The translations under genes and the position numbers were made by a program. Of a stretch of DNA of 44,048 nucleotides, positions 9,158 to 17,841 are shown one piece after another. Position 1 is the first letter of the stretch, and each line of letters begins with the position of its first letter. The notes under the pieces were generated by a model that saw only the letters and a program-made list of their open reading frames with translations, ran no database searches and was not told the DNA's origin. The stretch is from Armatimonadota bacterium. GTDB taxonomy: Bacteria; Armatimonadota; SYMT01. Location of the stretch: positions 1 to 44,048 of the forward strand of contig JBKBRF010000053.1 of assembly GCA_046292385.1 (NCBI GenBank). The letters are read 5' to 3'.

Positions 9158-9733
9158 CTACTCCCCGGATTCCTCTCCCTGCTCCTCGAGGAGGGCGGCC
9201 AGCCCCGCCAAGGGGGTGTTTGCCGCCTGGCGCTCGCAGGTGCAGGGCTGGTCGTTCAGATTGGCGCCGCATTGGGGGCAGAGCCCGGAGCAGGCGTCGT
9301 CGCAGAGGGTGCGGATCGGCACCTCGGCTACGATGAGCTGGCGCAGCAGCTCTTCCAGGTCGAGGATGGGGCGGCCCTGGTCCAGGTAGACGACGGAGCT
9401 CACCACCGTGTCGTAATCCTCGTCCTCCGCCGGCGGGCGGTTGGGATGGAGGACGTCGTCGATCGGAAAGTGCTCGTCGATCTCCAGCTTCACCGGAACG
9501 CGCACGTCGGTGAGGCAGCGGCTGCACGGCTGCAGCAGCGTCGTCTCCACCTGCCCGTCGATGTTGATCAGGTCCCCGCCGTTGGTGAACGTCACCTTGC
9601 CGCGCACCGGCTCGGCGAAGACGAGATCCGGGTCCTCGACAGAGGGCTGATCGACCTCTACGTCGGCCCGCATGCCCTCCCGGACCACGATCTCGGACAG
9701 ATCCAGGTGCATACTCGGTCGCCGCATCGCCAT
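9158..9733 (-). CDS. yceD: DUF177/YceD family protein
   Basis: CSRCL, LCDDACSGLCPQCGANLN and PLAGLAALL; upstream of rpmF. Start chosen from AGGAGGGAGG. Confidence 0.9.
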   Translation of the reverse strand: MAMRRPSMHLDLSEIVVREGMRADVEVDQPSVEDPDLVFAEPVRGKVTFTNGGDLINIDGQVETTLLQPCSRCLTDVRVPVKLEIDEHFPIDDVLHPNRPPAEDEDYDTVVSSVVYLDQGRPILDLEELLRQLIVAEVPIRTLCDDACSGLCPQCGANLNDQPCTCERQAANTPLAGLAALLEEQGEESGE

Positions 9734-9879
9734 CCTCCCTCCTGTGGTTCCGTGTACCATATCTTCATTCTGCCCTGCTTGTAAAACGCGCCACGCCAAC
9801 CGGCCGGGCGGAGGGCTGCGCGTTCTATCCGGTGAATCCCGGGGGCGCGGGGACGATACAATACGGGTGGAGGAGCTGC

Positions 9880-10251
9880 ATGTCCAGACACGTTCTGACC
9901 GTTGACGATGACCCCCTGATCCGCCGCCTCGTGCAGCTCAACCTGACCCGCGCCGGCTACCGAGTCACCACCGCGTCGGACGGCGTCGAAGCGCTCGAGC
10001 AGCTTAAGAACGAGGTCCCGGACCTGGTGGTGCTCGACATCACGATGCCGCGGATGGATGGGATCGAGCTGCTGCGCCGGCTGAAGGCGGATGCTCGGAC
10101 GGAGAAGGTGCCGGTGGTGATGCTCACCGCCAAAGCGCAGGACCAGGACGTCTTCGAAGCGGAGCGCTCCGGGGCTTCCTGCTACCTCAACAAGCCGTTC
10201 CACCCCACGGAGCTGCTCGACACGATCCAGCGCACCCTCTCCGAGGGATAA
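9880..10251 (+). CDS. Single-domain response regulator (receiver only)
   Basis: VLTVDDD, LDITMPRMDG, MLTA and YLNKPF; GGAGGAG RBS. Confidence 0.93.
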   Translation: MSRHVLTVDDDPLIRRLVQLNLTRAGYRVTTASDGVEALEQLKNEVPDLVVLDITMPRMDGIELLRRLKADARTEKVPVVMLTAKAQDQDVFEAERSGASCYLNKPFHPTELLDTIQRTLSEG

Positions 10252-10290
10252 CTGCGGTCGCTGGTTATCTCCCGGAAAGGGCTGGAGTCG

Positions 10291-11280
10291 CTACCGCTCG
10301 TGCCAGCGCTGGAGCACGGCGCGCTCCCGTTCGGCGGTGAGGCCCGCTTTCAGCTCCCGCTCCGGCTCGGCGGCGAGCCATGCGAGCGTATCCGCAGCCG
10401 TCTCCAGCAAAGGCCGGAGCTGCAGTCCGGCCGCGAGCGCGCGGCGGTTGTCGATCCGGGAGAAGCCCGCGTAGTCCCCGGAGGCCGGCACCCAGAGCGG
10501 CAGGTCGGACCACGGGGCGACGCCCTGTTCCGCCAGGAATGCCTCGTCGACCCAGGTAAAGGCGGCGTCCGACCCGGCGGCCCGGCGGCAGCAGTCGAGC
10601 AGCTCCCCCATCGTCGCCGGCGCGGCCGGGCCGACCGCGTTGAAGACACCCTCGGCGCGCGCCGCGACGAGCCGGACCATCCACTCCGCCAGGTCCCGCA
10701 CGTCGATCCACTGCACCGGGTGATCCGGCACTCCCGGCGCCAGCACCTCGCCGCCGCGGGCCACGCGCACGGGCCAGTAGGTGAAGCGGTCGGTCGGGTC
10801 GTGCGGGCCGACGATAAGGCCGGGACGCACCAGCAGGGAGCGGCCCGGGAACGCCTCGGACACTTCGCGCTCGCAGAGCGCTTTGAGCGGCCCGTAGGTC
10901 TCGCCCGTCACCTCTTCCACGCTCTCGTCGGCCAGCGTGCCGACCGGCTCGGTCTCGTCGATTCCCACCTGACCGAATCCGGAGTAGACCGAGATGCTGG
11001 AGACGAAGGTGTAGTGCTCCACCGCTCCCTGCAGAAGCCGCGCCGACTGCCGCACCACCCGCGGCACGTAGCCGCTGGTGTCGAGGACGGCATCCCAGCG
11101 GCGCCCTTCCAGCGCGGAGAGGTCGCCGTCCCGGTCGCCGTGGAGCTTCTCGACCCCCGGGAAGAGCTCGGCCCCGTGCCGCCCCCGGTGAAAGAGCGTC
11201 ACTTCGTGGCCTGCCGCCAGTGCCGCCTCCACCAGGTGGCAGCCGAGGAACACCGTTCCACCCAGTATCAGAAGCTTCAT
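10291..11280 (-). CDS. NAD-dependent epimerase/dehydratase (atypical SDR, isoflavone-reductase-like)
   Basis: LILGGTVFLG, FVSSISVY, YGPLKALCE, RPGLIVGPHD and IDVRDLA. Confidence 0.88.
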   Translation of the reverse strand: MKLLILGGTVFLGCHLVEAALAAGHEVTLFHRGRHGAELFPGVEKLHGDRDGDLSALEGRRWDAVLDTSGYVPRVVRQSARLLQGAVEHYTFVSSISVYSGFGQVGIDETEPVGTLADESVEEVTGETYGPLKALCEREVSEAFPGRSLLVRPGLIVGPHDPTDRFTYWPVRVARGGEVLAPGVPDHPVQWIDVRDLAEWMVRLVAARAEGVFNAVGPAAPATMGELLDCCRRAAGSDAAFTWVDEAFLAEQGVAPWSDLPLWVPASGDYAGFSRIDNRRALAAGLQLRPLLETAADTLAWLAAEPERELKAGLTAERERAVLQRWHER

Positions 11281-11284
11281 CGCG

Positions 11285-13111
11285 TTACTCGCAGCCTTCG
11301 CGCGGCTCCGCGCACCGGATGCGGATCACTTCCTGCGCCTGACCGTCGAAGAGCTCCCGGTGGATAGCGGCGATCCGCTCCGGATCCACCTTCAGCCGGC
11401 GGTCGTAGGTGAGCAGGCCGTTGATCTCCTGCTCGATGTCGGTGAGCTGGGTGTAGCAGAATCCGGAGACGAACGGCAGCTCGCGGATCCCTTCCATCAG
11501 GTCGCGGTACTTGCCAAGCAGCTCGTCGCTGCTCGCAATGGAGGCGTAGATGTTGTACATCCGGTCCCAGCTTTCCCGCGGCAGCTCCGGCTGAAGGAGA
11601 AAGCCCCCCACCTCCGTCAGCATGATCGGCTGGCCGTGGTAGCGGCAGTCCCGCGCGAAGATCGTCCGGCTGCCGCTCCAGATGCGTGCCGGCATCGGCC
11701 CCCCGTCGAGCGCGCTGCGCCAGTGCTCCTTGAGCCGCTCGGAGCTGTGGCTGTAGTCGTGGACCGCGATGATGTCGGCGACGTCGGTATGCTCCCAGCC
11801 ATCGTTGTCGATCACCGGCCGGGTCGCATCCAGGCGGCGGGTCGCGGTGACCATCCGCTCCAGGAAGCTGTACTGCCCCGGATGCCCCTCCCGGAGGTCC
11901 GGAAAGCCCATGCTCTCGTTCACCGGCACCCACGCGACGATGCACGGGTGATTCAGATCCCGGCAGACCGCCCGCTCCCACTCCGCCAGCAGGCGCTCCT
12001 CCGCCTCGGTCGACCAGGCCCGCCCATTCGGCATCTCCGCCCAGACCATCAGTCCCAGGCGGTCGCACCAGTAGAGCCAGCGCGGGTCCTCGATCTTCTG
12101 GTGCTTCCGCGCGCAGTTGAAGCCGAACGCCTTGATCAGCTCCACGTCCCGGCGCAGCGCCTCGTCCGAAGGGGGCGCCAGGTAGCTCTCCGGCCAGTAG
12201 CCCTGGTCAAGCACCGAAACCAGGTAGGTCGGCTCCCCGTTCAGGAGCATCCGCCCGCCTCGCAGCTCGACCCGCCGGAGGCCGGCGTAGGTCTGCACCT
12301 CGTCGAGGAGCTCCCCCTCGCACCGGAGCCGCAGGTGGACGTCGTACAGGTGCGGATCGTCCGGCGACCACCGCCGCGCCTGCGGAATCTCCAGCCGCAG
12401 CTGGGCCACCGCGTAGGGCGTCTCCACGGCGGCGCGCGCCACCACCCGCTCGCCCTCGCGGACCTCCGCCTCCACGTGCCACTCGGTCGACGGGGCGTGG
12501 AGGTAGACGGTGAGCTCCAGGGCATCCGGATCGAGCTGCGGAATCACCACTACGTCTTCGATCCGTCTCGGCGGCACCGGCTCCAGCCAGACGCTCTGCC
12601 AGATTCCGGTGGTGCAGTAGTAGTCGATCCCGTGCGGAAGCCCGGTGCTCGACTGCTTTCCCCGGGGCTGGCGCGGGTCCTGCGAGTCCTCCACGCGGAG
12701 GACGAGCCGGTTCTCCTCGGTCAGGTAGGGAGAGATGTCGAACGCGAACGGCACGTGCCCCCCGCGGTTGTGACCCACCTCCTGCCCGTTTACCCACACG
12801 GTGGTGCGGTAGTCGACCGCGCCGAAGTGGAGCAGCACGTCCCGGCCGCGCCACTCGTCCGGCACCGTGAAGCTCCGGGCGTACCAGACTACCGGGTGCA
12901 CGCCCTTGTCATTGATTCCGGAGCGCTCGCACTGGTGCGGGAACGGCACCACGATCTCCGCCTCGAGCTGCCGTCCGTCGCACCAGCCTTCCGAAAGGCC
13001 GTGGTCGGTATCGTCGAAGGCAAACTCCCAGGTGCCGTTCAAACAGAGCCACTCGGAGCGGACGAACTGCGGGCGAGGGTATTCGGGTCGAGGCAGGTTG
13101 TGGGCGCTCAT
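11285..13111 (-). CDS. Glycoside hydrolase family 2
   Basis: PRPEYPRPQF, LHFGAVDY, LDQGYWP, RKHQKIE, WVPVNES (acid/base), TEVGG (nucleophile) and YTQLTDIEQEINGL. Confidence 0.92.
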   Translation of the reverse strand: MSAHNLPRPEYPRPQFVRSEWLCLNGTWEFAFDDTDHGLSEGWCDGRQLEAEIVVPFPHQCERSGINDKGVHPVVWYARSFTVPDEWRGRDVLLHFGAVDYRTTVWVNGQEVGHNRGGHVPFAFDISPYLTEENRLVLRVEDSQDPRQPRGKQSSTGLPHGIDYYCTTGIWQSVWLEPVPPRRIEDVVVIPQLDPDALELTVYLHAPSTEWHVEAEVREGERVVARAAVETPYAVAQLRLEIPQARRWSPDDPHLYDVHLRLRCEGELLDEVQTYAGLRRVELRGGRMLLNGEPTYLVSVLDQGYWPESYLAPPSDEALRRDVELIKAFGFNCARKHQKIEDPRWLYWCDRLGLMVWAEMPNGRAWSTEAEERLLAEWERAVCRDLNHPCIVAWVPVNESMGFPDLREGHPGQYSFLERMVTATRRLDATRPVIDNDGWEHTDVADIIAVHDYSHSSERLKEHWRSALDGGPMPARIWSGSRTIFARDCRYHGQPIMLTEVGGFLLQPELPRESWDRMYNIYASIASSDELLGKYRDLMEGIRELPFVSGFCYTQLTDIEQEINGLLTYDRRLKVDPERIAAIHRELFDGQAQEVIRIRCAEPREGCE

Positions 13112-13258
13112 ACGGGCAGTTTACCGCAAGGAGACTCGCGGGAGGGCGGCGCGGGCCCGGGTGCGCGGGGACGTGAGGGTAAACGCAGGCGGCTGCGGAT
13201 CCTCGGATTCCGGAGACCTCGGAGACCGATCGCCTCTCTCCCCGTTTCCGTACACGAA

Positions 13259-13291
13259 CGAGCCCCCATCCCTCACGGGGACGGGGGCTCG
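13259..13291. terminator. Hairpin downstream of the Crp-family gene
   Basis: CGAGCCCCC...GGGGGCTCG stem without a clear U-tract. Confidence 0.45.
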
Positions 13292-13318
13292 GACTGGTGG
13301 GGCTCTGCCTGGAAAGGC

Positions 13319-14038
13319 TTACAGCTCGCGGGGGCTCAGGAACGGCAGGGGCTCCGTCCCGGCGATCCGCTTCAGCGCTTCGAAGTCCTTGATCTCGATG
13401 CGCGCGTAGCGGAGGTCGAGAACGTCGTCCTCCCGGAACTCCTGCAGCACGGTGCTCAGCGTCTCCCGGCGGGCACCCGCCATCTCCGCCAGCTCCTGCT
13501 GCGTGAACCGGAGACCCACGCTGATGCCGCCCTTGCGGTTCCGCACGCCGAATGAGGCGGCGAGGTTCACCAGCACCTGGGCCACGCGCTGCGGCAGGTT
13601 GTAGAACGCAAGCATGTGGATCGAGTGCATGAGCTGCCAGGTGGCCCAGCTAAGCTGGCGCATCACGCGGCGGCTCAGGTCCACGTTGCCGGAGCAGGCC
13701 TGCAGCACCGAGTCCTGCGGGATCACGGTCACTTCGGACGCTTCCTGGGCCTCCAGGTAGTAGAGCTCGTTGTCCCACTCGTGGAAGAGCGGAGCGCAGA
13801 TCGTGTCCCCCGGACCGAACAGAGCGATGGTCAGACTGCGGTCGTCGGCGGTCACGGAGAGCCGGACCAGGCCGCTCTCCACGCGGACCACCGCGTTATT
13901 GACATCGGTCAGCCGCTCACCCTCTGCGAGGGATCGGGGCGTACCGGAGTTCTTCAGAGAGTTGAGGGTTGCTTCGTCCAGACCTTCGAACACGTCGCGG
14001 ATCCAGCCTGTCTGCTGGTCTGGAAACTGTCTTCGCAT
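13319..14038 (-). CDS. Crp/Fnr-family transcriptional regulator
   Basis: cNMP-like N-terminal domain (VESGLVRL, LFGPGD) and HTH FTQQELAEMAGARRETLSTVL. Start uncertain. Confidence 0.9.
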   Translation of the reverse strand: MRRQFPDQQTGWIRDVFEGLDEATLNSLKNSGTPRSLAEGERLTDVNNAVVRVESGLVRLSVTADDRSLTIALFGPGDTICAPLFHEWDNELYYLEAQEASEVTVIPQDSVLQACSGNVDLSRRVMRQLSWATWQLMHSIHMLAFYNLPQRVAQVLVNLAASFGVRNRKGGISVGLRFTQQELAEMAGARRETLSTVLQEFREDDVLDLRYARIEIKDFEALKRIAGTEPLPFLSPREL

Positions 14039-14284
14039 TTTGCCTCTTCGCTGCCTTTCACTTTCATTTGCACGGGGTTTCCCGCGGCGTACCACTCTCT
14101 ACCATAGGGAACCGACGCGCTATTGTACATTGCCGAGGCGCGCGCCAACGGAAAGACAATAAAGTGTGCCGGCTCTCCAAGTGAATAACTTGGAAGGTTA
14201 GTGCGCGGGAATCCCACCTGAGGTAGCGCCCGCGGGCGCAGCTCGCGGGACCGGTGCGGCCCCCGCCCGCACTGCCGAATGGGG

Positions 14285-15982
14285 CTAGAGCGGGAACAGG
14301 ATCGTGGCGTGCGTCTCGCTGTCGGTGTGCAGCGTGAACTTGCCGCCCAGATCATTCTGGGTCAGGGTGTCCACGATCTGCAGGCCGAGACTGTCCGAAG
14401 TGCGCAGGTCGAAGCCATTCGGAACGGGCGCGCCGTCGTTTACGATGTCCATGCGCACGGTTCCGTCGGCGATTCCGATTCGCACTTCGATCCGGCCCTC
14501 GTCCCGGTCGTGGAAGCCGTGCTCCACCGCGTTCTGGACCAACTCGTTCAGGACCAGCGCGACGGAGCTCGCCTTGCTGGCCGGGAGCGAGACGTCCGGA
14601 CCGACCACGCGCATGGTGATCTGCTGGCCCGGGCGCAGGAGGCTGCGCCCGGTGAGCGTGAGGATCGTATCCGCCACCTGCCGCAGGTTCACCTGGTCCA
14701 GCTCTTCCTGCGAGAGGAGATCGTGGACGGCAGCGATGCTGATGATCCGGTTGATCGATTCCTTCAGCATCTCCTCGGGGGTGCCCTCGCCCGTGCGGTG
14801 CACCTGGAGCCGCAGCAGGCTGGCCACCGTCTGCAGGCTGTTCTTAACCCGGTGGTGCATCTCCTGGATGATCGCGGAGCGCACCATCAGCTTGGCGTTG
14901 ATGATGGCGATCGCCGCCTGGTTGGCGAGCGTGCGGAGGCTGTCGATCTCCTCGTGAGAGAAAACCTTGGGTCGATCGGTGTAGCAGTTGAGCACGCCGA
15001 CCACCTGCTCCCGGCTGATCAGCGGGACGCAGACCATGGAGCAGAGCCCTTCCTTCTCCGCGATATCCGGGAAGCGGTACTCCGGAGCGCGCTTCACGTC
15101 GAGGATCGCGAGGATGCGGCGGTCCTGCACCACCCGCCCGGCGATGCTCTCCCCCACCTTCAGGTTCGGCTTGGTGACGTAGTCCCGGCTCTTGCTCTGG
15201 GTCGCCTTGATCACCAGCTCCTGGCGCTCCTCGTCGAGCAGCATGATCGAGCAGATCTTGAATCCGAACGTCTGCGCCGTCATCGCGACGATGAGCTGCA
15301 GGATCTCCTCCAGGTAGAGGTTGGAGGTGATCGTTTTGCTGACTTCGGAGATGGCGGAGAGCTGGGTCGACTGGACCTGCATCCCCTCCTGCAGACGCGC
15401 GCCCTGGATCGCCGCGGCGGCCTGGGCCGCCACCGCCTGAAGGAGCCGGACGGCGCGCGGCGGGTAGGAGTGCGGCTCCCGCGTCTTCACGTTCAGCACC
15501 CCGATAAAGGCGTTCTGCGCCAGCATCGGGACGGAGAGGAAGCTCTGGCACTGCTGGTCGCGCAGGTCCGGCAGCTTCTTGAAGCGAGGGTCCTTGAAGG
15601 CGTCGCGCTCCAGCGCCACCGGCAGCAGCTCCCGCGCCACCCAGCCGGTGATCCCCTCCCCCACCTTCAGGGAGACGCGGCCGACCACCCCGTCGGGAGC
15701 GTCGTGGACGGCGCGCAGCACCAGGTTCTGCTTGGTGGGATCGAAGACGTAGATCGAGGACGACTCGGTCTCCGTCACGCGGACGGCAACCCGCGCGATG
15801 TAGTCGAGCATCGCCTCTGCGTTCGGGGCAGCCGCCACGTGGGCGCTCACCTCGTGGAGCAGGTCGACCTCTTCCGTCTTCTCGTCGAGCTGCGCCTGCA
15901 GCTCCGCGATCCGCGCCTCCGCGTCCGCCAGCTCCGCCGCGGGATCGGCGGGGGTCCTCTCCGGGTCCAGGCTTACTGTCAT
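14285..15982 (-). CDS. Cytoplasmic GAF-GAF histidine kinase (HisKA_2; PdtaS/EutW-like)
   Basis: Two GAF repeats (LKVGEGITGWVA and LKVGESIAGRVV), H-box EMHHRVKNSLQ, NELVQNAVEHG and SLGLQIV; no TM segments. Confidence 0.9.
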   Translation of the reverse strand: MTVSLDPERTPADPAAELADAEARIAELQAQLDEKTEEVDLLHEVSAHVAAAPNAEAMLDYIARVAVRVTETESSSIYVFDPTKQNLVLRAVHDAPDGVVGRVSLKVGEGITGWVARELLPVALERDAFKDPRFKKLPDLRDQQCQSFLSVPMLAQNAFIGVLNVKTREPHSYPPRAVRLLQAVAAQAAAAIQGARLQEGMQVQSTQLSAISEVSKTITSNLYLEEILQLIVAMTAQTFGFKICSIMLLDEERQELVIKATQSKSRDYVTKPNLKVGESIAGRVVQDRRILAILDVKRAPEYRFPDIAEKEGLCSMVCVPLISREQVVGVLNCYTDRPKVFSHEEIDSLRTLANQAAIAIINAKLMVRSAIIQEMHHRVKNSLQTVASLLRLQVHRTGEGTPEEMLKESINRIISIAAVHDLLSQEELDQVNLRQVADTILTLTGRSLLRPGQQITMRVVGPDVSLPASKASSVALVLNELVQNAVEHGFHDRDEGRIEVRIGIADGTVRMDIVNDGAPVPNGFDLRTSDSLGLQIVDTLTQNDLGGKFTLHTDSETHATILFPL

Positions 15983-16004
15983 CGAGCTCGTGCTACTTCT
16001 CGAG

Positions 16005-16583
16005 CTAGGCCAGCTCGCTGGCGATGATGATCGCCTCGGCGATCTCCCGCATCGACTTGCGGGTGTTCATGCTCTGCTGCTGGATGCGGCGGAACGCCTC
16101 GTTCTCTCGCAGGCCGTGGCGGTCCATCAGGAGACCCTTGGCGCGGTCGACCAGCTTGCGCGTCTCCAGCGCGGAGGCGAGCGAGTCCGCCTGCTCCGCG
16201 ATCTCCCGGAACTCGCGGAACCGCGCGATCGAAACGTTCATGGCCGGAAGCAGGTCCGACTCCGTGAACGGCTTCACCACGTAGCCGAAGACGCCCGCGT
16301 GCATCGCCCGCTCCACCAGGTCCTGCTGGCTGTAGGCGGTGAGCAGCAGCACCGGGGCCAGCTTCTCGCCGGAGATCTCCTTCGCGGCGTCGATGCCGTC
16401 CAGCTCCGGCATCTTTACGTCCAGAATAGCCAGGTCCGGCCGGTGCTGACGCACCAGATCGACGGCGGTGCGCCCGTCTCCTGCTTCCGCCACCACCTGA
16501 TGGCCCATCCGCTGGAGTGTCTCTTTGAGGTCCAGGCGGATGATCGACTCGTCGTCGGCGATCACAATCCGAAGCTTGTCCAC
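16005..16583 (-). CDS. ANTAR-domain response regulator (PdtaR/EutV-like)
   Basis: Receiver IADDESIIRLDL, LDVKMP and VKPF; ANTAR RKLVDRAKGLLM...EAFRRIQQQSMNTRKSMREIAEAII. Confidence 0.93.
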   Translation of the reverse strand: MDKLRIVIADDESIIRLDLKETLQRMGHQVVAEAGDGRTAVDLVRQHRPDLAILDVKMPELDGIDAAKEISGEKLAPVLLLTAYSQQDLVERAMHAGVFGYVVKPFTESDLLPAMNVSIARFREFREIAEQADSLASALETRKLVDRAKGLLMDRHGLRENEAFRRIQQQSMNTRKSMREIAEAIIIASELA

Positions 16584-16647
16584 GTCTTTTCCCTGTGGAG
16601 TCTTTCGCTCCCGCTCCGCAGGCAAGCCGGCCGAAGGCCGGCGCGCG

Positions 16648-16677
16648 TTGCGCCGTCGGGATTGCTTTTGCTAGAAT
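16648..16677 (+). promoter_or_regulatory. Putative sigma70-type promoter for the membrane protein gene
   Basis: TTGCGC-N18-TAGAAT with an extended -10 TG. Confidence 0.45.
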
Positions 16678-16713
16678 GTCCGGACTTGCGCAGTGGCAAC
16701 TCCGACTCGCAGA

Positions 16714-16742
16714 AGTATAGCAAGGAGCGGGTCCCGGTTCAA
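16714..16742 (-). promoter_or_regulatory. Putative sigma70-type promoter for the ANTAR regulator/kinase operon
   Basis: Minus strand TTGAAC-N17-TATACT with an extended -10 TG. Confidence 0.55.
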
Positions 16743-16790
16743 TTTGGCTGCGCGGCCGGAAACGGAACGAGATTCGGGAGAGCAGCCGCC

Positions 16791-17672
16791 GTGGAGAGTG
16801 CGCCGGATCCGGAGCGGAACGCAGAGAAAGGCTCCGCCGGCCCTGCGCTCGCCCTGCTCCTGGCCTACGCGCTGTTCCGCCTGGCCCTGGCTCTGGTGCG
16901 CCTGCCGCTGGCCACGCCGCCGTGGGCACTGCTGCTGGTGGCGGCGGTCAGCTCGGTCCTGAGCATCGGCCTTCCCGCGCTCGCCATCGCCGCTCTCGCG
17001 CGGCGGGAGCCGCCCCGGGGCCGGTTGGTGCTGGGGGCGCTGGTCGGGCTGGCGGTATGGCTGGGGCTCGGGTTCCTGATGGCGCAGACACGCGGCGCGG
17101 GCTGGCTGCTGGTGAGTCCGGTGCAGGACATGGCGATGATCGGCGCCATGGCGGCGGCCGGGATCGCGCTGGGGCTTTCGGTGCGGGAGCCGAACATCCT
17201 GTTCCCCGCCGCGCTGTTCGCCGCGTTCGCGGACTTCGTGGTGGTGAACTTCGGCACGGTGAACCGGGCGCTCTCCACGGAAGGCGGGCAGAAGCTGCTG
17301 CAGTCGGTCTCCGCCAAGGTGCCGACCTCGCAGGTGCACCCCGGCCTGGCGCCGTGGTCGCTCACGATCGGGCCGGCCGACTTCCTGTTCCTCGGCTTCT
17401 TCCTCGCCTGCGCGGCGCGGTTCAACATGGGGGTCTCGCGCAACGCCCTGGTGCTCGGCGTGGTGCTCGGGGCCGCGCTCTTCCTGGTGCCGTTCGTCCA
17501 CGCCGTGCCGGCGCTGCTGCCGATGGCGGTGGCGTTCGTGGCGCTCAACTGGCGCCACTTCCGCCTGTCGCGGCAGGAGCTCGTCGGCTCCGTAGTAGTA
17601 CTTCTCGTGACGGGAGCGCTCTTCTGGGGATACTTCCTGTGGGTGTTTCCCCGGAACCCAGGCAACCCGTAA
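16791..17672 (+). CDS. Polytopic membrane protein; putative presenilin/SPP-like (GxGD-type) aspartyl protease homolog
   Basis: About 9 hydrophobic segments, with AFADFVVV, IGPADFLF and VPALLPM in the order of the YD, GxGD and PAL motifs. GTG start at 16791 inferred. Confidence 0.6.
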   Translation: MESAPDPERNAEKGSAGPALALLLAYALFRLALALVRLPLATPPWALLLVAAVSSVLSIGLPALAIAALARREPPRGRLVLGALVGLAVWLGLGFLMAQTRGAGWLLVSPVQDMAMIGAMAAAGIALGLSVREPNILFPAALFAAFADFVVVNFGTVNRALSTEGGQKLLQSVSAKVPTSQVHPGLAPWSLTIGPADFLFLGFFLACAARFNMGVSRNALVLGVVLGAALFLVPFVHAVPALLPMAVAFVALNWRHFRLSRQELVGSVVVLLVTGALFWGYFLWVFPRNPGNP

Positions 17673-17841
17673 AGGCGAGGTGATGGAGATGACTGCCCGT
17701 GCGGAGGATCGAGCCCGGCGCCGAGCGGCCCGGGCGGCCAGGCTTGCCGGATCGTAGCGCCACGGCGTCTCACGGCCGGGCCGCTCGCGCGAGCGCCCGC
17801 CCCACCCTGTTTAGTTCGACCACTCGTGATTAGAAGAGACC

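Noticed and set aside
14040..14280. Canonical ANTAR dual-hairpin target upstream of the Crp gene
   Set aside because: No pair of hexaloop stems with A1/G4 could be found by eye.
15990..16790. 5' extension of the 560-aa ORF 15990-17672
   Set aside because: It overlaps the ANTAR regulator antisense; only the hydrophobic part from about 16791 looks coding.
17673..17841. T-box riboswitch upstream of leuS
   Set aside because: No GGTGGNACCGCG T-box sequence or U-tract terminator, and the region is short.
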